A stretch of DNA of 64,000 nt from an uncultured Candidatus Saccharibacteria bacterium (GCA_964615415.1 CAZTNI010000001.1:112746-176745); one strand, 5' to 3'. Counted from the stretch's first letter, positions 18,915-27,218 are shown. Numbers and translations are program-made. The notes: generated from the letters alone by a model not told the origin.

Positions 18915-19982
18915 TTATTCTTTTTTAGATTCAATCTCTTTTCCCTCGAGGAGTTGCAAGGTTTTTTCGTTGCGCATCACGGTTTCAATGTGGATGCGGA
19001 CTAACTCTGGCCGAGCGTCGGGGAAGTGCTCCAGCGCGTGTGTCATTTCTGTCGCAACTTCTGCCTGGTCTGCCTCTACTTTTTCTTCGGCAGCGATTTT
19101 GTTAAGTGCCAACTGGAGCTTTGCGCGCTTTTTAGCTTGCTCGCGGAAGTCGTTACGAACATCTTCTTCAGTTTTATTCGTTTGCTGCAAGTATCCCTCG
19201 AGGGTAAGGCCGAAGCGTGATACGTCTTCGCGCATCTGATTTAAAATTTTCTCGAGTTCAGACTCTATGAATACTTTCGGAATTTCTACCTCAGTTTTTT
19301 CAAGAAGTGCGTCGACGATTTTGCCGCGGCGTGCGTCCTTTGCTTGGCGCTGCTTTTCCTCGGTAATGCCTTTTTTAATCTGCTCTTTCAAAGCGTCTGC
19401 AGATTCAAATGCGCCGATAGACTTTGCAAATTCATCAGTGAGTTCTGGAACTACTTCAGTGCCGTCTTCTGCTTTTGTTTTGCGGCTTTGGCGGAGTTGC
19501 TCAATTGTTTTCTCAACCTCTTCGTCTGTTGCAGGAAGTGCGGTTTCAAGCACTATAGGCTCGCCAATTTTTTTATAATTCTTCGGGAGTTTTACTTCAG
19601 GGTACAGTGCAGTGCGGATAACCAAAGAGACTGGGTTTCCTGGAGCAAGTTTCGTGATGTGGATGTCTGGACGCGACACAACATCGAGCTTATTTGCCTC
19701 GACAATTTCTGGGTAGAGGTCGCCCATAAGGTGCTCAACCGCTTCTTCAAGTACGGCAATTTCGCCCACTTTTTTAAGCGCCATCTCTGGCGGAACCTTT
19801 CCTTTGCGGAAGCCAGGGAGCTCGAGCGACTCTGCAATTTCAATAAGAGAGTGTTCGCGGTAGGGAGTAAGGACGTCAAAAGGCACGTCGCCAGTAATTT
19901 CTACCTCTGAGTCAGGGAGATGTTTTACTGCAAAAGCTTTGGCGAGCTCTGCGAGGTTTGTAGGCACATTTGTTACTTTCAT
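18915..19982 (-). CDS. tig: Trigger factor (short form)
   Basis: N-terminal ribosome-binding signature GFRKGKVP and C-terminal chaperone arm. 355 aa only, so the PPIase domain appears reduced or absent. Confidence 0.65.
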   Translation of the reverse strand: MKVTNVPTNLAELAKAFAVKHLPDSEVEITGDVPFDVLTPYREHSLIEIAESLELPGFRKGKVPPEMALKKVGEIAVLEEAVEHLMGDLYPEIVEANKLDVVSRPDIHITKLAPGNPVSLVIRTALYPEVKLPKNYKKIGEPIVLETALPATDEEVEKTIEQLRQSRKTKAEDGTEVVPELTDEFAKSIGAFESADALKEQIKKGITEEKQRQAKDARRGKIVDALLEKTEVEIPKVFIESELEKILNQMREDVSRFGLTLEGYLQQTNKTEEDVRNDFREQAKKRAKLQLALNKIAAEEKVEADQAEVATEMTHALEHFPDARPELVRIHIETVMRNEKTLQLLEGKEIESKKE

Positions 19983-20022
19983 GACTATGGGATACTACCA
20001 AGTTGACAGAGTTCTGGCAATG

Positions 20023-20190
20023 TTATGCCTGATTATAGTACTCAAGCGGTTCTGCACGCTCGAGCTCGTTTTGTGCACTCAAAAAGAAATAAATTGCGCC
20101 TCCTAAAAGAAGCATAACCACCAAAACAATTCCAAAAAATGGACCGATCGGCGCATCTTTTTGTTTTTGTGGCACAGGAGTCTGTTCCAT
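20023..20190 (-). CDS. Small hypothetical membrane protein
   Basis: MEQTPVPQKQKDAPIGPFFGIVLVVMLLLGGAIYFFL..., with a TATAAT 7 nt upstream of the ATG (possible leaderless start). The longer ORF-track version begins at 20244. Confidence 0.35.
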   Translation of the reverse strand: MEQTPVPQKQKDAPIGPFFGIVLVVMLLLGGAIYFFLSAQNELERAEPLEYYNQA

Positions 20191-20225
20191 GTGGGTGATT
20201 ATAGCACTTGGCGTATACCACCTAC

Positions 20226-20314
20226 GCAAAACACTCCCTTGCAAATGGTCCTCGGTTCCCCCGTATCGGCTAGAAGCCTCTCGGGCCAGACCATTTGCAA
20301 GGGAGTGTGTTTGC
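20226..20314. repeat. Structured repeat element, copy 2
   Basis: Arms gcaaaacactcccttgcaaatggtc / gaccatttgcaagggagtgtgtttgc flank the core ctcggttcccccgtatcggctagaagcctctcgggcc. Confidence 0.7.
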
Positions 20315-20321
20315 TCCGCTC

Positions 20322-20858
20322 TTACTTAGAAAACTCTTTCTTATATAACTCTACTGACTTCTGTACTGCGGCAAGAGCTTCTGCTTTGCCCATAATGCCC
20401 TTAATTTCTACTGGGGCTGGTTTACCCTTAAGTGCTTTGTAGGTTTCAAAGAAGTGTTGAAACTCCTTGAGTGAGTGTTTGTTAACATCCATGAGGTCTT
20501 GTACGTCTTCCCAGCGCTTGTCTTCAACCGGTACAGCAATAATTTTGTAGTCTGACTCACCGCCGTCTACCATGTCTATAACAGCAACAGGGCGAACCGC
20601 TACAAGTACACCAGGGTGGAGTGGGAAGGTGGTAAGCACAAGCACATCAAGAGGGTCGGCGTCGTCCCAGAGCGTTTGTGGCGCAAAGCCATAGTCAAAC
20701 GGGTAGGGAGCTGACGAGTAGTTTGCGCGGTCGAGTTTAATAAGACCAGTCTTTTTATCTACTTCGTATTTATTTGCAGAGCCCTTTGGGATCTCAATGA
20801 TGACATTAATCTCTTCTGGAGCATTGTCACCGAGCGGAACATCGTGCCACAAGTTCAT
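20322..20858 (-). CDS. ppa: Inorganic pyrophosphatase
   Basis: Family I PPase motifs (DxDPxD...). 178 aa. Confidence 0.95.
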   Translation of the reverse strand: MNLWHDVPLGDNAPEEINVIIEIPKGSANKYEVDKKTGLIKLDRANYSSAPYPFDYGFAPQTLWDDADPLDVLVLTTFPLHPGVLVAVRPVAVIDMVDGGESDYKIIAVPVEDKRWEDVQDLMDVNKHSLKEFQHFFETYKALKGKPAPVEIKGIMGKAEALAAVQKSVELYKKEFSK

Positions 20859-20884
20859 ACGCTTTAGTATACGTTAGTAACTAA

Positions 20885-22072
20885 TTAATTTGTTTCTTCG
20901 GGTGTTGATTCAGTTGCAGGAGTTGCAGTTTCTTCGCCGTTTTCAGTTGCGGCGGCAATGCTTTCGCCTTTCGTTGACTGGATATCGATTCTCCAGCCGG
21001 TTAGTTTTGCTGCGAGGCGTACGTTTTGTCCGCCGCGGCCGATAGCGAGGGACTGCTGGTCCTCGGCAACTTTAATAGTCGCCTTGTGTTCTGTCTCGTC
21101 GAGGTCAACAGAGAGTACACGTGCAGGGGAAAGTGCTTCCTCAATAAATGCTTTCGGGTCCTCGTTCCACTCAATAATGTCGATCTTCTCGCCACCAAGT
21201 TCTGAGGTAACGGTCGAGACGCGAACGCCGCGCTGACCAACAAGAGAACCTACTGGGTCAACATGTGGGTCGGTCGATGCAACGGCAACCTTTGAGCGTG
21301 AGCCTGCTTCGCGAGCAATTGCTTTAAAGACAACTGTGCCGTGCGCAGCTTCTGGCGCCTCCATTTCAAACAGCTTCGCGAGGAATTGAGGATGTGCGCG
21401 AGAAAGGCGGAGATAAATACCGCGAGGAGATTCCTCTACTTGGTAGAGGAGTGCGCGCAGGCGTTCGCCCTGACGGTAGCGCTCGCCCGGAATCTGCGCT
21501 TCGTAGGGGAGGATGCCTGTTGCGCGACCAAGGTCGATGTAAATATTGCCGCGTTCCATGCGCTGTACGGTGCCTGACACAATTTCGCCTTGGCGTGCGC
21601 CGTATTCTGCAACAACAGACACTTTCTCTGCTTCGCGGATTTTCTGGATGATCACCTGCTTTGCGGTCTGTGCAGCGATGCGGCCGTAGTCATCTTTCAT
21701 TTCAAGAGGGAAGACAATTTCGTCGCCGACTTTTGCATCGCGCTTAATAAACTTCGCGTCATCAAGGAGAATGTGCTGCTCTGGGTTGTAGAGCGGCTTC
21801 TCTTCTTCGCCTTCTGCTGGTTCTGGTTCGTTGTCGAGGTCTTCCTCGAAGACAACAGTCGACTTGTCTACCACGGTCTTAACCTGCGAGAACTCAGTCG
21901 TGCCGGTATTCATATCCAAATGGGCGCGGATAATCTGGCCTTTCTTTGCGTATTCCTTTTTATATGCAGTCGCGAGCGCAGCCTCAATAGCCTCGAGTAC
22001 TTTTGCACGCGGAATACCGCGCTCTTCCTCGAGTTCGCCCAAGACTGAATTCATTACTTTAAGGTCAAACAT
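20885..22072 (-). CDS. nusA: Transcription termination/antitermination factor NusA
   Basis: N-terminal domain, S1 domain and two KH domains. 395 aa. Confidence 0.95.
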   Translation of the reverse strand: MFDLKVMNSVLGELEEERGIPRAKVLEAIEAALATAYKKEYAKKGQIIRAHLDMNTGTTEFSQVKTVVDKSTVVFEEDLDNEPEPAEGEEEKPLYNPEQHILLDDAKFIKRDAKVGDEIVFPLEMKDDYGRIAAQTAKQVIIQKIREAEKVSVVAEYGARQGEIVSGTVQRMERGNIYIDLGRATGILPYEAQIPGERYRQGERLRALLYQVEESPRGIYLRLSRAHPQFLAKLFEMEAPEAAHGTVVFKAIAREAGSRSKVAVASTDPHVDPVGSLVGQRGVRVSTVTSELGGEKIDIIEWNEDPKAFIEEALSPARVLSVDLDETEHKATIKVAEDQQSLAIGRGGQNVRLAAKLTGWRIDIQSTKGESIAAATENGEETATPATESTPEETN

Positions 22073-22091
22073 ATATGATGTTGGTTGGTTT

Positions 22092-22124
22092 CTTAAAAAT
22101 CGAACCGCCCTTTCGGGGCGGTTT
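22092..22124 (-). terminator. Intrinsic terminator (minus strand)
   Basis: Reverse complement reads aaccgccccgaaagggcggttcgatttttaag, a hairpin plus U-run downstream of the 22222-22413 gene. Confidence 0.6.
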
Positions 22125-22221
22125 CAGATACTGAAGATAGTACCGAAACCGGCCCCATCTGTCAAATACCCTTCTATTATATATGAAAAGGCGCCTCGCA
22201 TACACGCGAGGCGCCTATTTT

Positions 22222-22413
22222 CTAAAGGTGGTATGCCAGGTGGAGGCTGATCGGCACCACAGAACATACGAGCGCTGCAAAGCCAAACACGCGAACAACG
22301 ATACTGACCCTCTTCTTGTTTCGCTTGTAGCGCGAGAAAAAATTCTCCCACGGCAGCACCATTGCAATGACGCCGACAATCAGGAGGGTAATACCCAGAA
22401 CCAGAAGCGGCAT
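22222..22413 (-). CDS. Small hypothetical membrane protein
   Basis: 63 aa with two hydrophobic helices, terminator downstream. Confidence 0.4.
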   Translation of the reverse strand: MPLLVLGITLLIVGVIAMVLPWENFFSRYKRNKKRVSIVVRVFGFAALVCSVVPISLHLAYHL

Positions 22414-22428
22414 GTTCGCAACCTTGTT

Positions 22429-22758
22429 CTAGTGGCCAAGCAGCAATGGTATCACAAACTCCCGCAGTACTCCGCCCGAAGGGTTGGCAACCTCAAAGTA
22501 AACTGAGACCAAGAATATAATCCCTGACGCAAGGAACAGATACATTGCGAGGAGCGGTGGGCCGACATGCGACACATCATTTCCAGCAAGTCGTGCCTTC
22601 TGGAGTTGCATGCTCTTCCGCATGATGAGGAAGCAAAAGCCAACGAAACAGAGTATTTCCGCAAGGAACAATACCAGGCTTACCCAAAAGACTGTGTTAG
22701 GAGACATCGCTATTCCTCCGGTTTGTGTGAATTCGTCCGCCGTGACTATACCACTCAA
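22429..22758 (-). CDS. Hypothetical membrane protein
   Basis: 109 aa (start may be the internal Met at 22707). Three hydrophobic helices. Confidence 0.4.
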   Translation of the reverse strand: MSGIVTADEFTQTGGIAMSPNTVFWVSLVLFLAEILCFVGFCFLIMRKSMQLQKARLAGNDVSHVGPPLLAMYLFLASGIIFLVSVYFEVANPSGGVLREFVIPLLLGH

Positions 22759-22773
22759 TGTATACTATGGCTA

Positions 22774-24444
22774 ATGCACGTTGATGAACGCGTCCTCGCG
22801 GATTTTCTTATTGATAGCGGACTTATCTCCCGCGGCACGCTTGCTGACGCGCGTTCGCGAGCAAGCGAACAAGGAGAAACGTTTTATGATGCGCTGTTAA
22901 GTGGTGGATTTGTTAGCGGCGACCACTTGCGTCGTGCGGCGGCGCACACACTTGGTGTGCCGTTTGTGATGCTTGAAGAAAGCGACATCGCACCGGAGGC
23001 ACTCGTGCTTATTCCGGAACCGCTTTCGCGTACGCACAACATAGTTGCATTTCGGGTGCACGACACAACTTTGGAAGTGGCGCTCCTGAACCTTGATGAT
23101 CTGAAATTACTCGAGTCGCTCCCTGTTGCAACAAGCTACAAACTCGCGCCGCGACTTACCACCCAACACTCTATAAAAAAGGCTCTGCTTGGCTATCAAA
23201 AGCACCTCAAGGAGAAGTTTGGCTCCTTTGCACAGCACGGCTTCCATGTTGTGGAAGGCCTTATAAAACACGCTATTTATAGTCGTGCAGGCGGCGTGCA
23301 TATAGAACCATCTACGACGGGCTTTCTTATCCGCTACCGCATCGGCGAGATGCTGCACGAAGCTATGCAGCTTCCTGAACACGTTGGCAAACTCCTGGTC
23401 GACCAACTAAAGGCGGCAGCAAAACTATTTCCCGTTGCAAGTGCGCAAGAAGGACACTTTACTATCGAACACGATAATGAAACACACACGGTGCACCTCT
23501 CCACTATGCCGATCCATAAAGGAGAGAAGTTAGTACTTCGTCTCGCAAAACAAGATGTGCATGCAAAAATAGGAAGCTTAGAGTCCCGAGGGTTTCATGG
23601 CGAAGCGCTTGAGGCGTTACACAAAGCCCTCGCGCTGCGTTCTGGACTCATTCTGGTTGCAAGCGAAGACGCAAAACACTTGCAGTCGCTGCTCTATACA
23701 CTCCTTGCTACTGCAGCACATCCGTATCGTGCCCTTGCGAGCGTGGAAGAGGGTGTGACGTTGCATTTGCCACATGTTGCACAGGGGAGCACTACCGTCT
23801 CGAAGCTTTCCTACGCAACACTCTTGCGCACGACGCTGAAACACGACCCGGATGTGGTTATGGTCAGTCGTGTGGATGAAACAGAGGTAGCGCTCCTGGT
23901 AAGCGAGGCTGCATCAAACGGCAAACTGATCATTGCGGGTATAGAAGCTCCGTCCGCGGGCAGGGCTATAGAAAAAATGCGCAACTTCGGTGTTTCACCC
24001 CTCCTTCTAGCGTCAGTAGTAAAAGTCGCAGTTGCTTCAACGATACTACGCAAGCTGTGTCCGCACTGTCGCAGTACGCACCGGCTCTCGCGCGCGGAAG
24101 GCGCCATTTTGGAAGAGCGGGCAGACTTCGGGCGCGTCTTTACTGCATTAAAAGAAGAGGGGGTGATAGACCGCGCCGCAAGCTGGAAAGAACTCGACTT
24201 TTACTGGCCGGAGGGCTGTAGCAAATGCGAGGGGGGATATATGGGCGGGGTAGGGGTAGGAGAGGCCTTGCCTATATCTCAGGTCCAAAAAGAGCTTATT
24301 TTACGAGAGATGTCGGGGGAAGACATGGCAAACCAGGCCCGGGTAGAGGGGGGTCTAAACCTCCCGGAAGACGCCCTTTTTAAGGCTGCGAGGGGGGATA
24401 CCTCTCTAGAAGAGGTGGTAGCCCTTGTGAAACGCCCGAACTAA
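22774..24444 (+). CDS. GspE/PilB-family (type II secretion / type IV pilus ATPase-like) protein with degenerate ATPase motifs
   Basis: N-terminal T2SSE_N/MshEN-like domain (LADFLIDSGLISRGTLADARSRASEQ...) and a C-terminal tetracysteine motif (CPHC...CSKC). The Walker A position reads GLILVASEDAKHLQS instead of GPTGSGKT, Walker B reads DPDVVMVSRVDE, and the His-box reads GKLIIAGIEAPSA. Confidence 0.75.
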   Translation: MHVDERVLADFLIDSGLISRGTLADARSRASEQGETFYDALLSGGFVSGDHLRRAAAHTLGVPFVMLEESDIAPEALVLIPEPLSRTHNIVAFRVHDTTLEVALLNLDDLKLLESLPVATSYKLAPRLTTQHSIKKALLGYQKHLKEKFGSFAQHGFHVVEGLIKHAIYSRAGGVHIEPSTTGFLIRYRIGEMLHEAMQLPEHVGKLLVDQLKAAAKLFPVASAQEGHFTIEHDNETHTVHLSTMPIHKGEKLVLRLAKQDVHAKIGSLESRGFHGEALEALHKALALRSGLILVASEDAKHLQSLLYTLLATAAHPYRALASVEEGVTLHLPHVAQGSTTVSKLSYATLLRTTLKHDPDVVMVSRVDETEVALLVSEAASNGKLIIAGIEAPSAGRAIEKMRNFGVSPLLLASVVKVAVASTILRKLCPHCRSTHRLSRAEGAILEERADFGRVFTALKEEGVIDRAASWKELDFYWPEGCSKCEGGYMGGVGVGEALPISQVQKELILREMSGEDMANQARVEGGLNLPEDALFKAARGDTSLEEVVALVKRPN

Positions 24445-24498
24445 CTAGGTTTTAAGCCAAATATCGGCTCTATAGAGCCATTTTTTATATGGAAATGC

Positions 24499-24527
24499 TT
24501 GACAAAAGCCTCCTTTGGGTGTATACT
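24499..24527 (+). promoter_or_regulatory. Consensus sigma70 promoter (TTGACA-17-TATACT)
   Basis: TTGACA 24499-24504, 17-nt spacer, TATACT 24522-24527. Confidence 0.55.
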
Positions 24528-24573
24528 TAATGGGTAATAGTGTTCCTTCTATATATGTAGCTTCCGGTAGTGC

Positions 24574-24602
24574 TTGACAAAATGCGCCACCTATGATACA
24601 AT
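24574..24602 (+). promoter_or_regulatory. Consensus sigma70 promoter with extended -10 (TTGACA-17-TGaTACAAT)
   Basis: TTGACA 24574-24579, 17-nt spacer, TGaTACAAT ending at 24602. Confidence 0.55.
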
Positions 24603-24731
24603 AGAAAGGTAACAGTGCAGTACGGGTTCGCTTGTACAGCAACAACTCAATAGCAAGACAATCTGAGGAGAGAGTCTTAAGGGAAGTCCAGTCTAGTAAT
24701 AGATAGGGCTCCTTAATCAATCAATTGCTTT

Positions 24732-24776
24732 AAACAAAGGCGATTGGCTCCTCAAACAAGGGCCAGTCGCCTTTGT
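24732..24776 (+). repeat. 16-bp stem hairpin
   Basis: aacaaaggcgattggc ... gccagtcgcctttgtt (one G-U pair), 13-nt loop. Confidence 0.7.
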
Positions 24777-24784
24777 TCGTTAGT

Positions 24785-24848
24785 AGGGACACTTCTGGAG
24801 GTAGGTCAAAAATTTTAAACCAAACCAGCCTGATCTCCAGAAGTGTCC
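24785..24848 (+). repeat. Perfect 14-bp stem hairpin with 34-nt A/T-rich loop
   Basis: ggacacttctggag ... ctccagaagtgtcc. Loop gtaggtcaaaaattttaaaccaaaccagcctgat. Confidence 0.7.
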
Positions 24849-25016
24849 TCGCTACGACAGTATGTGCAGTCGGTGAGTGGAGGATGGGTCTCTGACAACA
24901 AAATAGCGAATTAAGTTCAACAGGAGAAAAACTGTTGCGTAAGCAACGACTCCATATTGTTGTTCTTCTTCGCCGAGCTGACCTCACATAGGTCGGAGCG
25001 GCAAGAAGGATCGCAA

Positions 25017-25262
25017 ATGATCCTGAAGTTCTTTTTCAACCCGCCGCTCAATGCGGCAGAGGAGATTCAGATGAACAAGGCAGAGCGTGCAGTGAAGGTC
25101 CAGCTTGCGCTGGAGCTTCTCAAGAAGACTTCCATTCCGAAGGTCCGGAGAAATCCGGACCTAAACGCCTGGGTCAACACGGCTTCGCAGCTGCTCGGTC
25201 TCCGTGGCGACTCTGCCGCGGACTTCGAGAATGAGCTCGAAGTTGCGTACATTCGCAGCTAG
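25017..25262 (+). CDS. Hypothetical protein
   Basis: 81 aa from the ATG at 25017 (RBS aagga). The ORF track starts at TTG 24957. Confidence 0.3.
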   Translation: MILKFFFNPPLNAAEEIQMNKAERAVKVQLALELLKKTSIPKVRRNPDLNAWVNTASQLLGLRGDSAADFENELEVAYIRS

Positions 25263-25267
25263 GGCTC

Positions 25268-25316
25268 CCGGGCGACGCGAAAACTATCCCGCGTCGTCCA
25301 CCCATTCAAATTTTTG
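25268..25316 (+). terminator. Putative terminator hairpin
   Basis: gggcgacgcg-aaaactatcc-cgcgtcgtcc, then ...atttttgg. The T-run is displaced 8-9 nt, hence weak. Confidence 0.35.
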
Positions 25317-25382
25317 GACAATCGAAAATTTGAACGGGTCGCAATCAGGCGATTCCGAAACCCTCAAGGGGAGGTACGTGTC

Positions 25383-25793
25383 ATGGGCTATAACGAAACC
25401 GGACGCCTCTTCGAGAGGCGAGTAATCGGTGAGTGCACGGTGTCCTACCAAGGTCACCTGTGCTGGAAGGAAGCTGCCGCGCAGGTTCGCAAGAATCAGC
25501 CGAAGCAGCTTCCGAAGAATGCCACGGACCTTCTCGCGGAGGTTCGCCGGCAGACCAAGGCCGATGTGCAGTTCTACACTGCGATCGGCAGCGCCCTGGA
25601 TTACTTTCACGGCGTTGACGGATTCTTTGAGTTTGCGGGCTTTGTGGTGACGATCGACGTTACCAAGAACCCGCACAAGGATTGTGGGAAGGCCAACATG
25701 GTCGTCTGCGAAGACGATCTTGAAGATCTTCCTGCGCTTGCGGGCCGCGTGGTCCGCGAGTTTGTAACGCAAGCGAGGAGAGCAGGAATATAA
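25383..25793 (+). CDS. Hypothetical protein
   Basis: 136 aa from the ATG preceded by RBS aggggagg. GC3-rich codon usage. No family recognised. Confidence 0.45.
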   Translation: MGYNETGRLFERRVIGECTVSYQGHLCWKEAAAQVRKNQPKQLPKNATDLLAEVRRQTKADVQFYTAIGSALDYFHGVDGFFEFAGFVVTIDVTKNPHKDCGKANMVVCEDDLEDLPALAGRVVREFVTQARRAGI

Positions 25794-25795
25794 AA

Positions 25796-26047
25796 ATGAA
25801 AAACCGCAAACCTCGCGCGGCGTTTCTGTTTGAATGCCGACGATGCGGGGGGCAGTACCCCGTCTCCAAAAAGACGGCGGAGCAGTTCCTCTCCAAGGAA
25901 TTGCGAAAAAAGCTCAAACACGCTCTTGGTCATGAAGGAGCTGTGGGAGCCGTTCTAACGTTTAAGAACGGATGTCCCCAGTGCGTCCCGGAAAATCTTG
26001 AGGCAGTAGTTGAGCTTTCGGTCCTAGAGCCGAAACAAACGCACTAA
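25796..26047 (+). CDS. Small zinc-ribbon-like protein (CxxC...CxxC)
   Basis: 83 aa: FECRRCGG...NGCPQC. Confidence 0.4.
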   Translation: MKNRKPRAAFLFECRRCGGQYPVSKKTAEQFLSKELRKKLKHALGHEGAVGAVLTFKNGCPQCVPENLEAVVELSVLEPKQTH

Positions 26048-26395
26048 CGAGGCGAGCAGCAATGCTCGCCTCCTCTATAACCCAGCTGACACCCTGTTGG
26101 CTGGATTTCGAGGAGACTGCCAGACATGATCATGACCGAGGTTCTCATTCTGAACCCCCGCCGCTGCAAGTGCCGCTGGCACCGTTTCAAGACGGTGTAC
26201 TGCCACGAGGCGCCGGCGTTGGCCCAGCTCCTGCGGGAGATGGGCTACCAGGCCAGGCTTCGCCTCGCTTAGTACACAAATGGTTTGGATGGGACGAGCG
26301 CGTAATTGCTCGCCCCACCAATTAAGTTTTTTACACAGGTAGAAAATTTAATTGGTCATCATTCGATGGCTGATTGTTCAAACGGAGGAAGTGTA

Positions 26396-26797
26396 ATGAT
26401 CAAGTTTCTTGGAATTTTGATTCTCGCGCTCAGTGCCAACATGTTCTTCGTCCTCGTGTTCGACCCGCAGGGCATGTCGGCCGAGGGCTACATCCTCGGC
26501 TGGGGCATGACCCTGGCGGCGATTTTCGCTGGCCCGGCGACCTGGCGCATGGCTGGGGGACACGCTCCTGTAGAGGGGTGGGGAGTCGCGTTCCTCGCTA
26601 TCTCCCTCTGCGTCACCGCAATCAGTGTCTACCTGTTCGTGGATGTCGCGATGCTTGCGAGGACTGCCGAGACTGAGGCTTCCATCGTCCTCGGCGTGTT
26701 CGCCGCCATGCTGGCGGGCCTCGGACTGCTCATGGCCCATCTGGCTCAGAAGCTCATGGCGGACAGCATCAACGAGCCCGCCACTTCCAACACGTAA
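26396..26797 (+). CDS. Hypothetical multi-pass membrane protein
   Basis: 133 aa from the ATG at 26396 (RBS ggagg), four hydrophobic helices, strong GC3 bias. Confidence 0.5.
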   Translation: MIKFLGILILALSANMFFVLVFDPQGMSAEGYILGWGMTLAAIFAGPATWRMAGGHAPVEGWGVAFLAISLCVTAISVYLFVDVAMLARTAETEASIVLGVFAAMLAGLGLLMAHLAQKLMADSINEPATSNT

Positions 26798-26884
26798 CGG
26801 CAACAAGCCGTTCAAGAGGCAAGCGTTCGCGCTTGCCTCACTATCTAAGTTCTTATCTCGTCATCAAGACGGATGAGAGTTTAG

Positions 26885-26910
26885 ATAGGACCGCAAATCA
26901 GTTGTGGTCC
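26885..26910 (+). promoter_or_regulatory. Operator-like palindrome ATAGGACCGCAAATCAgTTGTGGTCC
   Basis: GGACC-N13-GGTCC dyad immediately upstream of the RBS/ATG of the 26935 gene. A near-identical copy lies at 27171-27196. Confidence 0.5.
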
Positions 26911-26934
26911 TGAAGTTCAACAAGGAGAGAAGCG

Positions 26935-27102
26935 ATGTGGATTCTTCTTACGCTCGCAGCTTGCGTGTTTGCCTACGCGGGCAAGCATCCGGATACCTTC
27001 GGACTGGCGCATGACGACTCTTTTCTGATGTATGTGATCGCAGTCGTTTTCGTCCTCTGGGCGATCATGGCTGCCATCACCGCTTCCGTACGGAAGTGGT
27101 GA
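26935..27102 (+). CDS. Small hydrophobic protein (55 aa, two predicted helices)
   Basis: MWILLTLAACVFAYAGKHPDTFGLAHDDSFLMYVIAVVFVLWAIMAAITASVRKW. RBS aaggagag 6 nt upstream. Below the ORF-track length cutoff. The opposite-strand ORF 26917-27123 is considered spurious. Confidence 0.4.
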   Translation: MWILLTLAACVFAYAGKHPDTFGLAHDDSFLMYVIAVVFVLWAIMAAITASVRKW

Positions 27103-27170
27103 CCAACCAAGGAGCAAGCGCAAATGCTTGCTCCACTATTTAAGTTTTTCAGTGAATGGAAAATTTAAAT

Positions 27171-27196
27171 AGGACCGCAAATCATTTGTGGTCCGA
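27171..27196 (+). promoter_or_regulatory. Operator-like palindrome ATAGGACCGCAAATCAtTTGTGGTCC (copy 2)
   Basis: Same dyad as 26885-26910, upstream of the 27219 gene. Confidence 0.5.
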
Positions 27197-27218
27197 TGGT
27201 TCAACCAAGGAGAGTGCA

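Noticed and set aside
24445-24987. Minus-strand ORFs 24445-24720 and 24730-24987
   Set aside because: They overlap the two consensus plus-strand promoters and the large hairpins. They have no RBS or motifs and run through palindromic sequence.
26062-26325. Two competing small ORFs (26062-26325, 87 aa; and 26126-26272, 48 aa with C-x-C...C-H)
   Set aside because: Neither has decisive support and both sit in high-GC DNA. They are left unannotated, and the region may instead be regulatory.
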